Shown in pieces: positions 1 to 11,919 of a DNA stretch of 64,000 nt (positions are counted from its first letter, which is position 1; the number at the start of each line of letters is the position of its first letter). The stretch is from Bigelowiella natans CCMP2755. Taxonomy: Eukaryota > Protista > Cercozoa. A program made the translations under genes and the position numbers. The stretch spans positions 43,053-107,052 of the forward strand of contig ADNK01001859.1 of NCBI GenBank assembly GCA_000320545.1, given 5' to 3'. The notes under the pieces are model-generated. The model worked only from the letters and a program-made list of their open reading frames with translations, was not told the origin of the DNA and did no database searches.

Positions 1-135
1 AAATTGACTAGCGACAGCAGCGGGACGAGCATGAGACTCCTCAGCAGCACTGTGGAAATCATCGATAGTATCCCCAGCTAGCGTTAGGCTTGGGAAAACT
101 ATCATCAGCGATTTTCGTAGCTCTGCTGTCTATTT

Positions 136-167
<32 letters not shown>

Positions 168-638
168 AAGAAGAGGAAGATATAGCGCCAAGTCACAGAT
201 TCCCTTTGCAGCACTAACTAGCACATGTTGCTGGGAGGGTTCCAACGTTTTATTGACTATTGAACGACGACTGATGTCCATTCGTGCATAAATACATATG
301 ACATCAGATTCGACCACCATTGCCACTACATCAACCAGTGTGTAGGTAGTAAGTAGTAGCAGCAGCACCACTTGACTGATGGTGAATCGTCGTAGGTTCT
401 CATACCCCTTATTGTTGTGTTGGTGGTAGTAGCTTTTTGTAGCACTTAGTGGATGCATGTTTCTTACCCCCTTTTTAGTATATTACGACTAGAGGGGCCA
501 CAAGTATTTATTGTATGTAGTTTGTTTCTTAGCTCATCGCAGTGACACCTGCAGTCTTTAAGCTTGTTTGTTATCTACAATGTTAATCCTTAGGCCGAGA
601 AAACTACAAGCCATGGCTGCTGTTCATATTAGGTTGTT

Positions 639-669
<31 letters not shown>

Positions 670-1150
670 CAGTAGTAGGAGAAGCAGCATTAACATATCT
701 CCAGCTATTAATCATCTTTATCATCATCCTTTTTCGTGATCTTCTTCATTTGGATGCCCTCTCTTTTTTTCCCTCTTCTTCCTCTTGCTTTCCCCCCTTC
801 TCGTTGATATCTATGTTCTCACAAACCAATAACGACAACCCACCAGTTGCTTTCTTCGCGGCGCTGGTTCAAGAGATCATGACGGTGAGAGAGAGGGGAG
901 AGAGAGATAGAAAGAAAGCAAAAACTCTTCCATAATGCATACCAATCTCCATGCCAGCTCTCCTTACACACGAGATATCGTTTGACGAAAACATGATACA
1001 TGCCGCTGAATTAATATTAACAAACGAAAAGGTTCATGCTGTGATCTACGCCTTCACTCCCTCCTCCGAGTGTCAGAGAAATGTGGATCAATACTTGGGG
1101 TTCCACTTCTTCTTTGCTTTAGCGGTGATAACCTTACGCGTGTGTGTGTG

Positions 1151-1195
<45 letters not shown>

Positions 1196-1201
1196 AGAGA
1201 G

Positions 1202-1261
<60 letters not shown>

Positions 1262-2101
1262 GGGAATTTAGAAAGTGAGAACATTATCGAAGACCTCCTC
1301 TCCTCTTTCCACCTCTCCCTCCTCCTCATCATTGCAGATTGGGAGTTTCGTGATTCTTGGACTCGGGATCTTTGCACTTGGCAGCTTAGTATATGAACAG
1401 GTATAGCGGTGTTGTCGTCGTCGTCGACATCATCATCATCATCACCATCTTCCCATTTATGGTATACTAGACAGAGCATAGCAACGATGAAGATTATAAT
1501 TATAGTGAGTGTACAGTGGCATGATAGTGACTATAGTGATGATGATGATGATGATGATGATGATGACGATGATAATGAGGATGCGTTTTTACAGATAAAA
1601 GTAAATCTAGTCTCAAGGAAGTATGGAGGGGCATTCGTTTCGTCCTTCATGTGGTGGGGTAACAGGTAGTCGTAGTAAGTAGCATCATAAGCGTGATATG
1701 AGGTGATGACGGGGTGGTGATAAGGTTGTTGGCTACGCTCTACATAAGTGCGTTTCTGATAGCAGCCAACATGATAGTGAAGAGTCAGAGGGACAATGTT
1801 TTACATTGCGGTTACTCTTTGGGTCCTTTTGTAAGTCGTTCCTGACCTCCTCCTCCTCCTCCTCCTCCTCCCTCTCTTTCCACCTCTCTCTGCCCCAAGC
1901 TACAAGCAAGAGCATCATGTAGAAGTGCTACATCAGGTGGGTGGAAAATTCTACTGGTGTTTGCTGCTGCTGCTCGCGTGCTTTCCGTTGATTCTCTTTG
2001 CCTCTTCTCTGGATACATTGTCAGAAATGTGGTGTTGGCAGTTCTGTTGTGCGCTTCTCCTCCTCCTCGTCATTATTTTGACCACCATCGCACTTGTCAT
2101 G

Positions 2102-2135
<34 letters not shown>

Positions 2136-4736
2136 GACTATCATTGATGTTGTTGCCGTTTCTTCTACTACTGCAGGCCTTGCTGAATTGGCGATATATG
2201 ATACACCAAAGGGTGATTCTGACATTCCATCGCAAGTACAAAGAGGCCAAAAAGGGGGGCTACGCTGAAAAAGGTCGGAGAAGGAGAGAAAGTGAGAGAC
2301 AGTCAGAGAGAGAGAGAGAGAGAGAAGGGGGGGGGGGGGGGAGCAGTTAGTACAGTGTATCATTGATAGGTAAGCTAATCAACAGATGCTGCTATATGCG
2401 ATTGTCCTTGTCTTCTTCATTGACTGTTCTGCTACCTTGTGTTTACGTTATGTTTGCTCCCAAAGATTATCAAATGGAAGTGCAGCTACCTGACAACAGT
2501 AAAACACTGCCTTCGGGTAGAAGTACAAGTCGAGGCCTTTGCTCGTCTTCGCTCTTTTGCTGCTACTGCTGTGCCCCCTCCACCTCACCGCTGCCATCTC
2601 CTCCGAATGGCGATTCTAATGCCGGTATACTCCCTTTTCCTTTACATTCCTTTTATCCAGTCCTATCACGCCACATCTTCTCTTTAGTTTTTGAGTTGGA
2701 GACAGTGCATGAGAGCGTGTTTTTGGTGGTATCAGCGGAAATAGCTGACGATGACGGCCAAACATACAAGCTTATTCACGGTGCTTTTGCAAAAGGAAGA
2801 GGGGGGAAGAAGAATCGTTCAGAGTTGAGCAGAGATGAGTCACATTATGGCAATAGAAGCAGCCTATGGGAGGAGGGGGAAGAAATAACAATAATTTGTT
2901 GTGCCTATGACAGACACGTCAGTACATGTATGTCATCAAACAGATTGGTTGGTGCTTTCTTTATCACCACCATCGTTATCATCGTCATCATCATATTGCT
3001 ATAGAGTGCTACATTGTGACTATGATCGTCTGAAGCGTATGACTATGAACATGCTGCAGAAAATGAAGGGCTGCTAGATATTGCAGGAAAAGGAGACTTT
3101 CAAGTCTCAGCGTACCAGGTTCTTGTCAACAATGAGGGTGTATGATGAGGGAAGAGAGATCAGTTGTGAGAAGTGAAGATGATTAAATTTTTGACGCCGG
3201 CACCCCCCATAACCACCTCAGGCCGCACCAAAGCTAAATAGAGACTTTTGGCTGATGAATGCCACGTTATCAGGATATCTCACATGGTGTGTGCTAATGT
3301 GTGTGTGCGCGCGCGCGCGCTCGTGTGTGTAGACTTGATCAATGAAAATGAGTATGTTAGTGTAAATAAGTGCACTTTAGAACACAACACCATCTACGTC
3401 GCCATTTTTACCATATTGCATGAACTTTGATAGGAGCGACATAGAAGCTTGCTCGAAGTGTGTAGAATGGCCTTTATCCGAGAAGGTAACTAACGTCATC
3501 TACACGTGCAAGCTAGCAGAGGATGACGTGATATGTGCTTTGCTCATAATGATGATGATGATGGACTGATAATGCCAGGAATGCAAATGGATGATTTCAT
3601 TACCGAGTTTATTGAGTTCGGACGTGAACCAAAACGGCGACGTGAAGAAGAAGAAGAACGACGGTGATAAGAAGGGAAACGAGAAGAAAAGTCAATTCTC
3701 CCAATTTGGGTTAGGACAAAAGGTTGATCGATTTTTTCCGTTGAAAAAGACAAACATTATGCTTCATTTTGGGTGTTAGCTGTTCATTGACATGTTTACG
3801 ATATCCTTCACATCCGAGCTCTGTATGTGTGGTTGTGTAAATATTGTGTGTGTGGGAAGGGGGGGGGGGGTATTTGGATGGTGTACATTCTTTGGACACA
3901 TGCACTGACCCGACAAATGAAACAGGGAGAAGGAGGAAAGCAACACCATGGACTTCTTAAATCGCCGCCATACATCGAGATAGTTCCGGTATTGATAAAA
4001 GTACAGGAGAGTGTAGGGAGGGAGAATCAATCAACACTGTGTATGTATACGAAACAACGGACAATTGATTGACTATGCTACTGTCCCCCAAAGACATTTA
4101 ACCACAATTCGATCGTAACGTGAAATTGGATGTTTCTCCTCACATCATCCGCTCAGGAAGATGACCAGCAACTCGTCCAAGAGGGAGGGTTGGGAGAGAG
4201 GAAGGCCCCTTCTTCCGTGCAAACTGCATCTTTCAACCCATCATCAACATCGACTAGAATCTCTCTCAGGCATTATTTACAAATTACCACAATACATAAA
4301 TGGAACAACTACTACACGACATTCGATGAATTTGCCTTTCTTAAAAATCCCAATAGAGGTGCTCGATACAGTAGAGGAGATAGTTTTAATAGTAACAATG
4401 TTAGTTATTATCGTATTATCAGAGCTTCATTATACTGTTCTCTTCTTCCACAACCATCCACTTACTTTCTTCTTATTTTCAGTGATTATCGCCGTCTGAT
4501 GGACATGACACAACCCATCAAAATTACGAGGAGAGAACTGCAGAACGTAGAAAACCATAGAATAGCATGAGCATCCCCTATTAGATCGAGGAAGATGTTC
4601 TTACTATCGTTGCTACTGATGTGCTGTTAAGTTCATGATGATGACACAAGGGCGACCAGTTGCGGTGCTATGTCTCTGGACAAGAATCATGAAATTATGA
4701 TGAAACTATTTTCTTCTCTCGCCCTTCTTTGAGTGC

Positions 4737-4776
<40 letters not shown>

Positions 4777-4913
4777 CTGTTTGACTCCTGGCAGCAAATT
4801 CATTTTTTCTGATTTCGTAATACTGCGTTAGGTGTTCCAATGGCTCTCCTCGTCGTCTTCTTCTTCATCATCAGCACAACTACTTTCAGCAAAGAAAATT
4901 GAACAACTCCAGG

Positions 4914-4981
<68 letters not shown>

Positions 4982-5781
4982 TTTATGATCCCAGAATGAT
5001 CTGAGTTGGCGAAGCTGGGCGTGTGTGTTGTATGTTGGCTGGATTTAATATATATTTCCCCAGCTTTTCCCTCTGCATTCATTCTTGCTCACACGGGAGT
5101 GCTTTCATAGGAGGCGGTTGTTATCTTATACATATGGACACGTACTACGTAATAATCAGATCACGCCTAAGTCCTGGAAAAGGGCTTTGCGACGGTTTAG
5201 CCTGAATCCACAAATACAAGAGGAAATACAAGGGATTCATGCAGCATATCCTAGTAAGTAGTTGTATGAGCACTAATGGTGTGATGTGTGCAAAAGCTTT
5301 CAATATTTTCGTGTCTAGGTTGTGGCGTGCTTGTCGTACATTCGTGTCCATTGACTCAAGGTCTTAACTATTTCAATCCCCTCCCTTCTCATCTTTCAGG
5401 TAAGAGGGAGTTTTCGCCAGCCTCGTCGATTGACGCCTTACAGGTGTACTATGTGGGTTTTGCTGATGATGAAAATGCGTAACTAGGGAATTATGATAAA
5501 GAAATGTTTATTACGTGCTGTAGATCCCTATGAAAGACCTGGAATCTATGATCTTGTGGGCCACGGGCAATAAGTCCGATCAACTTGTAAGTAGCACTTT
5601 AGCCAAGCTTATTGATCAGAGTAGCAATGCCATTGGGGCATTCGTTCATTTTTGTTGCATAAAATCCTGACTGTTCTGAAACTAAATGCTCAATGGGTTT
5701 TTGTCCTGCGAAGAGCATGTGTTGCAGGACAAAAATTGCCCATTTGTATGTAGTAGCGATGATAATACCGAGATGACCTAG
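1..5781 (+). CDS. Multi-exon gene, probable membrane protein of unknown function (likely 5'-truncated by the window)
   Basis: A series of short AG...GT-bounded, non-repetitive segments lies between microsatellite introns. Examples: IGSFVILGLGIFALGSLVYEQ (~1338-1400), ALLNWRYMIHQRVILTFHRKYKEAKK (~2178), IPMKDLESMILWATGNKSDQL (~5524) and a last exon DKNCPFVCSSDDNTEMT* ending at 5781. No family recognised; the full exon chain was not resolved. Confidence 0.4.
1140..1258. repeat. Representative compound microsatellite (GT)n(GA)n(TA)n(GA)n; dozens of similar di- and trinucleotide arrays occur in introns across the window
   Basis: Read directly; most short ORFs in the track are artefacts of these arrays. 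Confidence 0.95.
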
Positions 5782-6566
5782 AAGAAAACGGAACTCCGGA
5801 AAATTGCGACTTACATTAGAAGCACAGAGTACAGTATGCTAAACTGATGATTCCTGATTGTGCTTCTTTTTAAACTAAAGAGTTGGCCAGAGTTTCTGGC
5901 GGTTGTAAGTAAAAAGACATGAAAAAGCTCAGCAAGATCATATACAGGTAGGTTGTGTGGCATCCACCATTCAGCATTCAGACATGGCGTCATTATGTTG
6001 ATTATTAGTAGCTAAGCGTACACGATATGTGTTAGCCTAGCATAGTCACTAAGATATGCGTACGAAGGTCACTAGCTTTACCGACGTGTGTCATGCATGG
6101 CTAAAAAATATAGCAAGCTAAGTAAAATGATTTCAATCGAGTGAAATCATATTTCGTTCATACGTCATGCATTGGTTGAGCTGTGCACGATGCGATGTGG
6201 GTCACAGGCTAGTGGGGTGCGATCATTTTTCCTGTTTAGTAGTCATTTGTATATATTTGCAATCCTTACGTGCTAGCGTGTCCGTGCTGTAGCGCTCGCT
6301 CGCCTCATGACATCCAGATCGATGTGCTTTCCTCGACCCGCCGCCACATCTACTATATGCTATGTAGCTAGGCACACAGCAGCAGCTGCTCGGCGAGCGC
6401 GCCGCAAGTAGGCGACTTTTCTCATTTTAGGTCGCAGCACACTGACAATTGACACGGTGTCCTACTGTATAGCACGTTGTACATAGCAGAGACTAAGCTA
6501 TGCGCTATCGCAGCACATTCATCACCAAGCACGTACCCACATATCGCATGTGTGTAAATACATTTA

Positions 6567-6614
<48 letters not shown>

Positions 6615-6860
6615 TGTGCCCATTATAGATCGTATGAAATAAATGCTACATCCTTATTTTCAAAATATCACCGATCTTGTTCTCATATGGTGGTACATTT
6701 TTCTTGGTTTACGATTTAAACCAGATCAAGCACCAACACAAATTTTTATTGGATGCCACTGCACGCATTCTCACAAACACGCCCAGCAAGATGAGTTAAT
6801 TGCAGCGGTTTAAGATATTCTTGTCAAAGATCCACATTTCTTAAGCCAGAGTTCCACTAA

Positions 6861-7749
6861 TTACTCAGCCTTCTTTTGCTCTTCTGCAAGGGCAGATAAC
6901 TGTACATTGAGATTATGAACAGTGATTAGATTAATCTTACAAATAAAAACATTAAAACTACATTTACCTTCTTTTTTAGTTCTTCTATCTCTTTGTCCTT
7001 TGCCTCAAGTTGTACTTTCTGCTCCTTTACCTGATAAGGATGACGACGAGCATAACTTAAGCTATGGTGGCTGGTGACAACAGTAACGATGGCGAATATT
7101 CACAATGCTTTCTCAGTATTATCATCCCCACACACCTGTGCTTGTAGCTTGTCAACGTCTCCACCTGGAGCTGGGGGGCCCATGCTGTCCTTGATAAAGC
7201 TACGAATAGTGTATTATTATTTTAGTATATTTCGAGGATATGGCTTGCTATATGAAACTAATTGATCTTAACTTAAAATTACCGAACATTGGCACTTGTC
7301 ATTTAAAATCATTCGAATACTTTACATCATGACATAGTCAGAATATTTGGTTTTGTTTTATAATATCTTCGGAAAAGAGAAACGTCCTTTGCTTCTTTGT
7401 AATTACTTGATAGCGTTCTGTGGTTTCTCTGGGCATTCGTATAGATTCACCAAGACTGAACAAGGTATGATAATATCAGATTTCATTTTGCAAAACATTT
7501 ATCTTCTTCCCCCCATATTTTCCCGCACGAATTTACCTTTTGTGAGTGTGTCGATGACGCCACTCTTTTCTAGATACTTTTGGAATTCCTCTTTTCTGGA
7601 TTCAGCCTAGTGTATTCGAAATATGTCACAGTATATCAGCATACATTTTACTTCTCACACATTCTAAACTTTTCACATCCTCCCTTTCGATAACATCCAA
7701 TGCAGAATGATTTATTTCACACAAACCTGTGTGTGTGTGTGTGTGTGTG

Positions 7750-7805
<56 letters not shown>

Positions 7806-7871
7806 TATATAGTATTCAGGGGGTGCATGCAGAAAAGTCCAGATTCTAGAAAAGGGTGCATTCAAGACCAT
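6861..7871 (-). CDS. MYCBP: c-Myc-binding protein (MYCBP/AMY-1) homolog, ~95 aa, 5 exons
   Basis: Spliced translation M|AESRKEEFQKYLEKSGVIDTLTK|VLVNLYECPEKPQNAIN|FIKDSMGPPAPGGDVDKLQAQ|VKEQKVQLEAKDKEIEELKKK|LSALAEEQKKAE* matches the MYCBP signature (FRRYLEKSGVLDTLTKVLVALYEEPEKP) plus a C-terminal coiled coil. Missed by the ORF track. Confidence 0.85.
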
Positions 7872-8766
7872 AGTAGTCGGAAGAAGGCCAGGTAGGAAGA
7901 GGGCGGGAGGGCGGGTTTTGTAGTTTGCTGTTTGGTTAGCTTTCAACAGTAGATTGCAATAACGGACAACGAAATTCCTTTCATTTAATTTTTACGACAA
8001 ATTAATTTGCTCTATTTCAATCTATTTTATTCGGCATTATGAAATTCGTCATCGGAAAACGTGGAGAATTAGGATGGAAACCTCAATGTTTTGTGAGAGT
8101 TGAGCTGTTCCAAAATAGATCTCGCAAAGAGGATATCCTTGGTAATTTCTTACATACGACATACAATTACTACTCATCTTCTGATAAAAAGAGATTTCAG
8201 AGCATCAAAATACTACGGAAAATATCCTGGATTGCCATCTGAATTACTGTCTTCCCGGCGATACAGCAAATTGATACATGCATCACCAAATATTTTGTGC
8301 ATGTTGCCCACAAGCAGCGAACATGCGATCATTTTTAGCCAGTTGTTTGGCCAATCTTTCTCGGCGTCTGATGTCAGCTTACTATTGACGCACGGAGCGA
8401 ACATGTTCCATTCCCAACTCAGCAACTTGAAGCTCAGCTTTTTTATGGCTGAGAATTTTTTTGAGAATTCCGGTTTTGGAAATCGAATTGCGAATACCGC
8501 CACCATTCAAGGGCTGAAAGAAGAGATCAGTTGTGATATTGGGTAGAAATTGGCTGCCTTTGGTTTAAACGAAAAGTCAAGTTGGTCTGAGTTGCTGGAT
8601 TCTCTTGGAATGGCTCCCGAGACGTGATACGGAAGACGTGTGAGACTTGACTAAAGGAGGTTGGTGAAAGTATATAGCCTTACTAACATGAATTAAACCA
8701 TCCAGACCCAATCTAATCATTTGTCTTCTTGGTCGTGAAGGTGAATCATCAAACGGAGTGACAAGC

Positions 8767-11700
8767 ATGAAGAAACAAGTTCAATGTTCGCTCATTTTTC
8801 TGTCGTACTTCTTCGCCACCGTTGGCGCTTCATCTTTCCCTCCTTCCATGCCTTTCGACCTCGACGAGCTTATGTCGGGACCTCTTGATGATGCAAAATG
8901 CAATATTGAGGCGGTTGACATGGCGAATAACGTCCAGCTCGCCTGCATCCTGTCAGACCTTATGGTAATCAGTGTGACGATGACGATTGAAAGCACATGG
9001 TTTTGGTAGTATTCTCCCTCTTCCTCATTGCTTGTCCTTCGTTCAATGTATTTGTTAATTATGCAACGATAGGACACGACTTTCTTCCGATTGTTCACCG
9101 TCGACTTGGAACGCAAATGCCCATTTTTCCAAAAATCCGAGCTTCCAAAAGCACCCGAAACATGCTCGGGAGGTGGCCCCGATCCGATGCCATTCTCATT
9201 CGGGGGCGGGGATGGATTTAGCGAAGATCAACCTCCTAAACCGGCTTGCTCACTGGAGGGGGCATCAGGGGCGAATGAACCTCCGTTTGCAGGTAGTGGC
9301 AGTAAACTTCCACTTTCCTCCGCCACAAAAAGGCGAAAGATTGAACCGTTCGCAGCGCCTACAGACGAGGTTGACCAGTCGCTCTCCAACAAGGAGAATG
9401 AAGCACTTGAGAACTCGAGGGCGAAACAATGCGACGACGAAAATCTGCCGACCTTTTGGTTAGACATGTGTGATGGGATCGGAGTAACGGGGAAAGATCG
9501 AAAGACGGTCAATCTGCGGAAGAACCCCGAACGATGGACTGGGTAATATATAGTAGCAGAAACACCCATATCACTATATGTAAACATTATTCTTCTTCCC
9601 GAGTAAATATTGCTAGAATGCCAAGTGCACGTTGTGCATCTCGTTTTCGTGGTTGCATGAGGATGCGTTGGAGAGAGGAAGCGAGCGTCCTTCATAGCTT
9701 TCATTCCCATTCCACTTCTCCTTTTCCTCTTTCTCCTCAACACAAATTTAGTCAACTATTTGTTGTTACGGCAGGTACAATGGGTCGCAGGTTTGGCAGG
9801 CGATATATCAGGAAAACTTTCTCGCTACTAACAGGAACAGCTCCACGAAGAAGCAGAAGGACGACCTAGTATACGAAGAACGGCTACTTTACAAGCTACT
9901 ATCGGCCATGCACACCTCTATTAACGTCCATATCGCCCTTGACCATTACCCTCCTCGAAAGGGTAAACGCACACGGTGGGAGCCGAACCCTGCACACTTC
10001 GTTGACCGTTATGCAGACCACCCTGACAGAATTAAAAACCTTCACTTCGGCTTTGTCGTGCTCCTCCGCGCCGTGAGAAAGGCGGGGCCACAGCTTCTGG
10101 AGATGGACTATCGAACAGATATTCTTGCCAACGCAAGTAGCCCTGAAGGGACCGGAAGGCACACCAGAGCGCTTGTTGAACGCCTTCTCCAAACGGACAT
10201 GCTCGCTTCTTGCAATGAGGTCGTTGCTAAACCACTCGTCGCAGCAGCAGCAGCAGCGGCAGCAGCAGCGGCATTATATACTACTAAGAGCGGTGCTGTA
10301 CTCTCAACTACATAATCATTCATTTGTGGCAAAAAAGCTGCCATGGTTAAGAAGTGTGTGTATGTACAGGTGTTCGGAGCGTTCGACGAAAGCCTCCTAT
10401 TCCAGAGCAATAGGGACGGCACTCCTGTGGCACAGCTCAAGCGTCATTTCAAGCAGGTCGTCCAAACCTTTCCTCCTCCTCACACCCACAAGCAGTATCT
10501 CAAAAAAGAAAGAATCACTGCGCTCATGCTGAATAGAGCACCGACAATAAGAACAGCAAAGGCTCGCTATCGCCCCTAAACAGAATTATAATAACCAAAA
10601 CCAACGATGTATTGTGTATGATGATACGGAAGGTGTTCCGCAACATCTCCCGAGTGCTGGACTGCGTCTCATGTCAGAAGTGTAAGCTGCATGGGAAACT
10701 GTCGCTGCTCGGACTGGGAACCGCGCTGAAGACGCTCCTCCTCCCCGCCCCACTTCTCAAAGAGGGGTTGGTAGCAGTAGAAGAAGAAGAAGAAGGAGAA
10801 GGAGAGCAGTTGTTGGCATGACACACGAAGAGGGGGGATGGGGATATGAAGAAGAAGAATATGAAGAAGCTGCAGTAGCAGCAGGGAGAGAAGTACCGGT
10901 TTTATGGATCACAGTACATTATTAAAAGCGAGAGTATGGAAAAAGGGAGTGCTTTATTATTTAAGTGCACCTTCGCCATGAATCCTCATCCCCCCCCCCT
11001 TCCCCCCTCCCCTCGTATTGTTGTGTTCCTAGATTGCGCCGCGAGGAGGTTGTTGCCTTGATAAATACGTTGGGGAAGTTCTCTAAAGCGATTCAAGGTG
11101 GTGACTGCCGTCTGGTCTTGTTGCCATAGTTATTAGTCGATATTATTTCCAAGGCTCTCCAATTTTAAAGAGAGAAAGAAGGCTACTCCCCGCCTTGATA
11201 TATCACCTGGAATACGTTGGGCATGAACCCTAGTATACGTGATGTCGTCAGAAGCATTGCTCATCACCAATAGGGTGTCGCCAGAGGCATTGCTGTGAGC
11301 ACTATCTCTATTAATCACGTCGTCTCACAACTTTCATCATCATTATCATCATCATCATCATCATCTTCATCATCTTCTTCCTTGATTTTGCCAGGAGCTC
11401 GCGACCTAACGATGATGTACCGCAAGAAGCTCAACTCTTTGCTCCTAAAGCAGCCGAAGGGGGGGGCTAAGAAGGGAGTAGGAGTAGCAGACATTCCTAG
11501 TAAGAAAAGTAGTCGCGGGAACGCGAAGATCAAACCCGAGCCATTGCATCAACAGGAGGTGCGAGAGGCGGGGTTGAAGGGAAGCAATGGCTTCTTCTTA
11601 TCATCCTTCCTCCCATCATCATCATCATCGTCGTCTTCGTCGTCATCACAATATGCTCTTCAAGGCGGCTACGCTGGTGCTGTGAGCGCCGCCGATGCTG

Positions 11701-11881
11701 CAGTGGCAATGATTGCTCAGCTCTCTTCGGGCAATAACAAGAAGGACGAGCCAATCGGAGGAGGAGGAGGAAGGGAAGTAAAAAAGCTGACTCAAGATGA
11801 GGAAGACCTGCTATTGGACTCCGCTCTCGGTTCGTTGTTTTGAGATGATAATAATAGGAGAATAAAATGGTTGTAGAGAAG

Positions 11882-11919
<38 letters not shown>

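Noticed and set aside
8039-8768. Extra gene between MYCBP and ERO1
   Set aside because: Short ORFs on both strands with no recognisable motif or consistent splicing; treated as a divergent promoter region.
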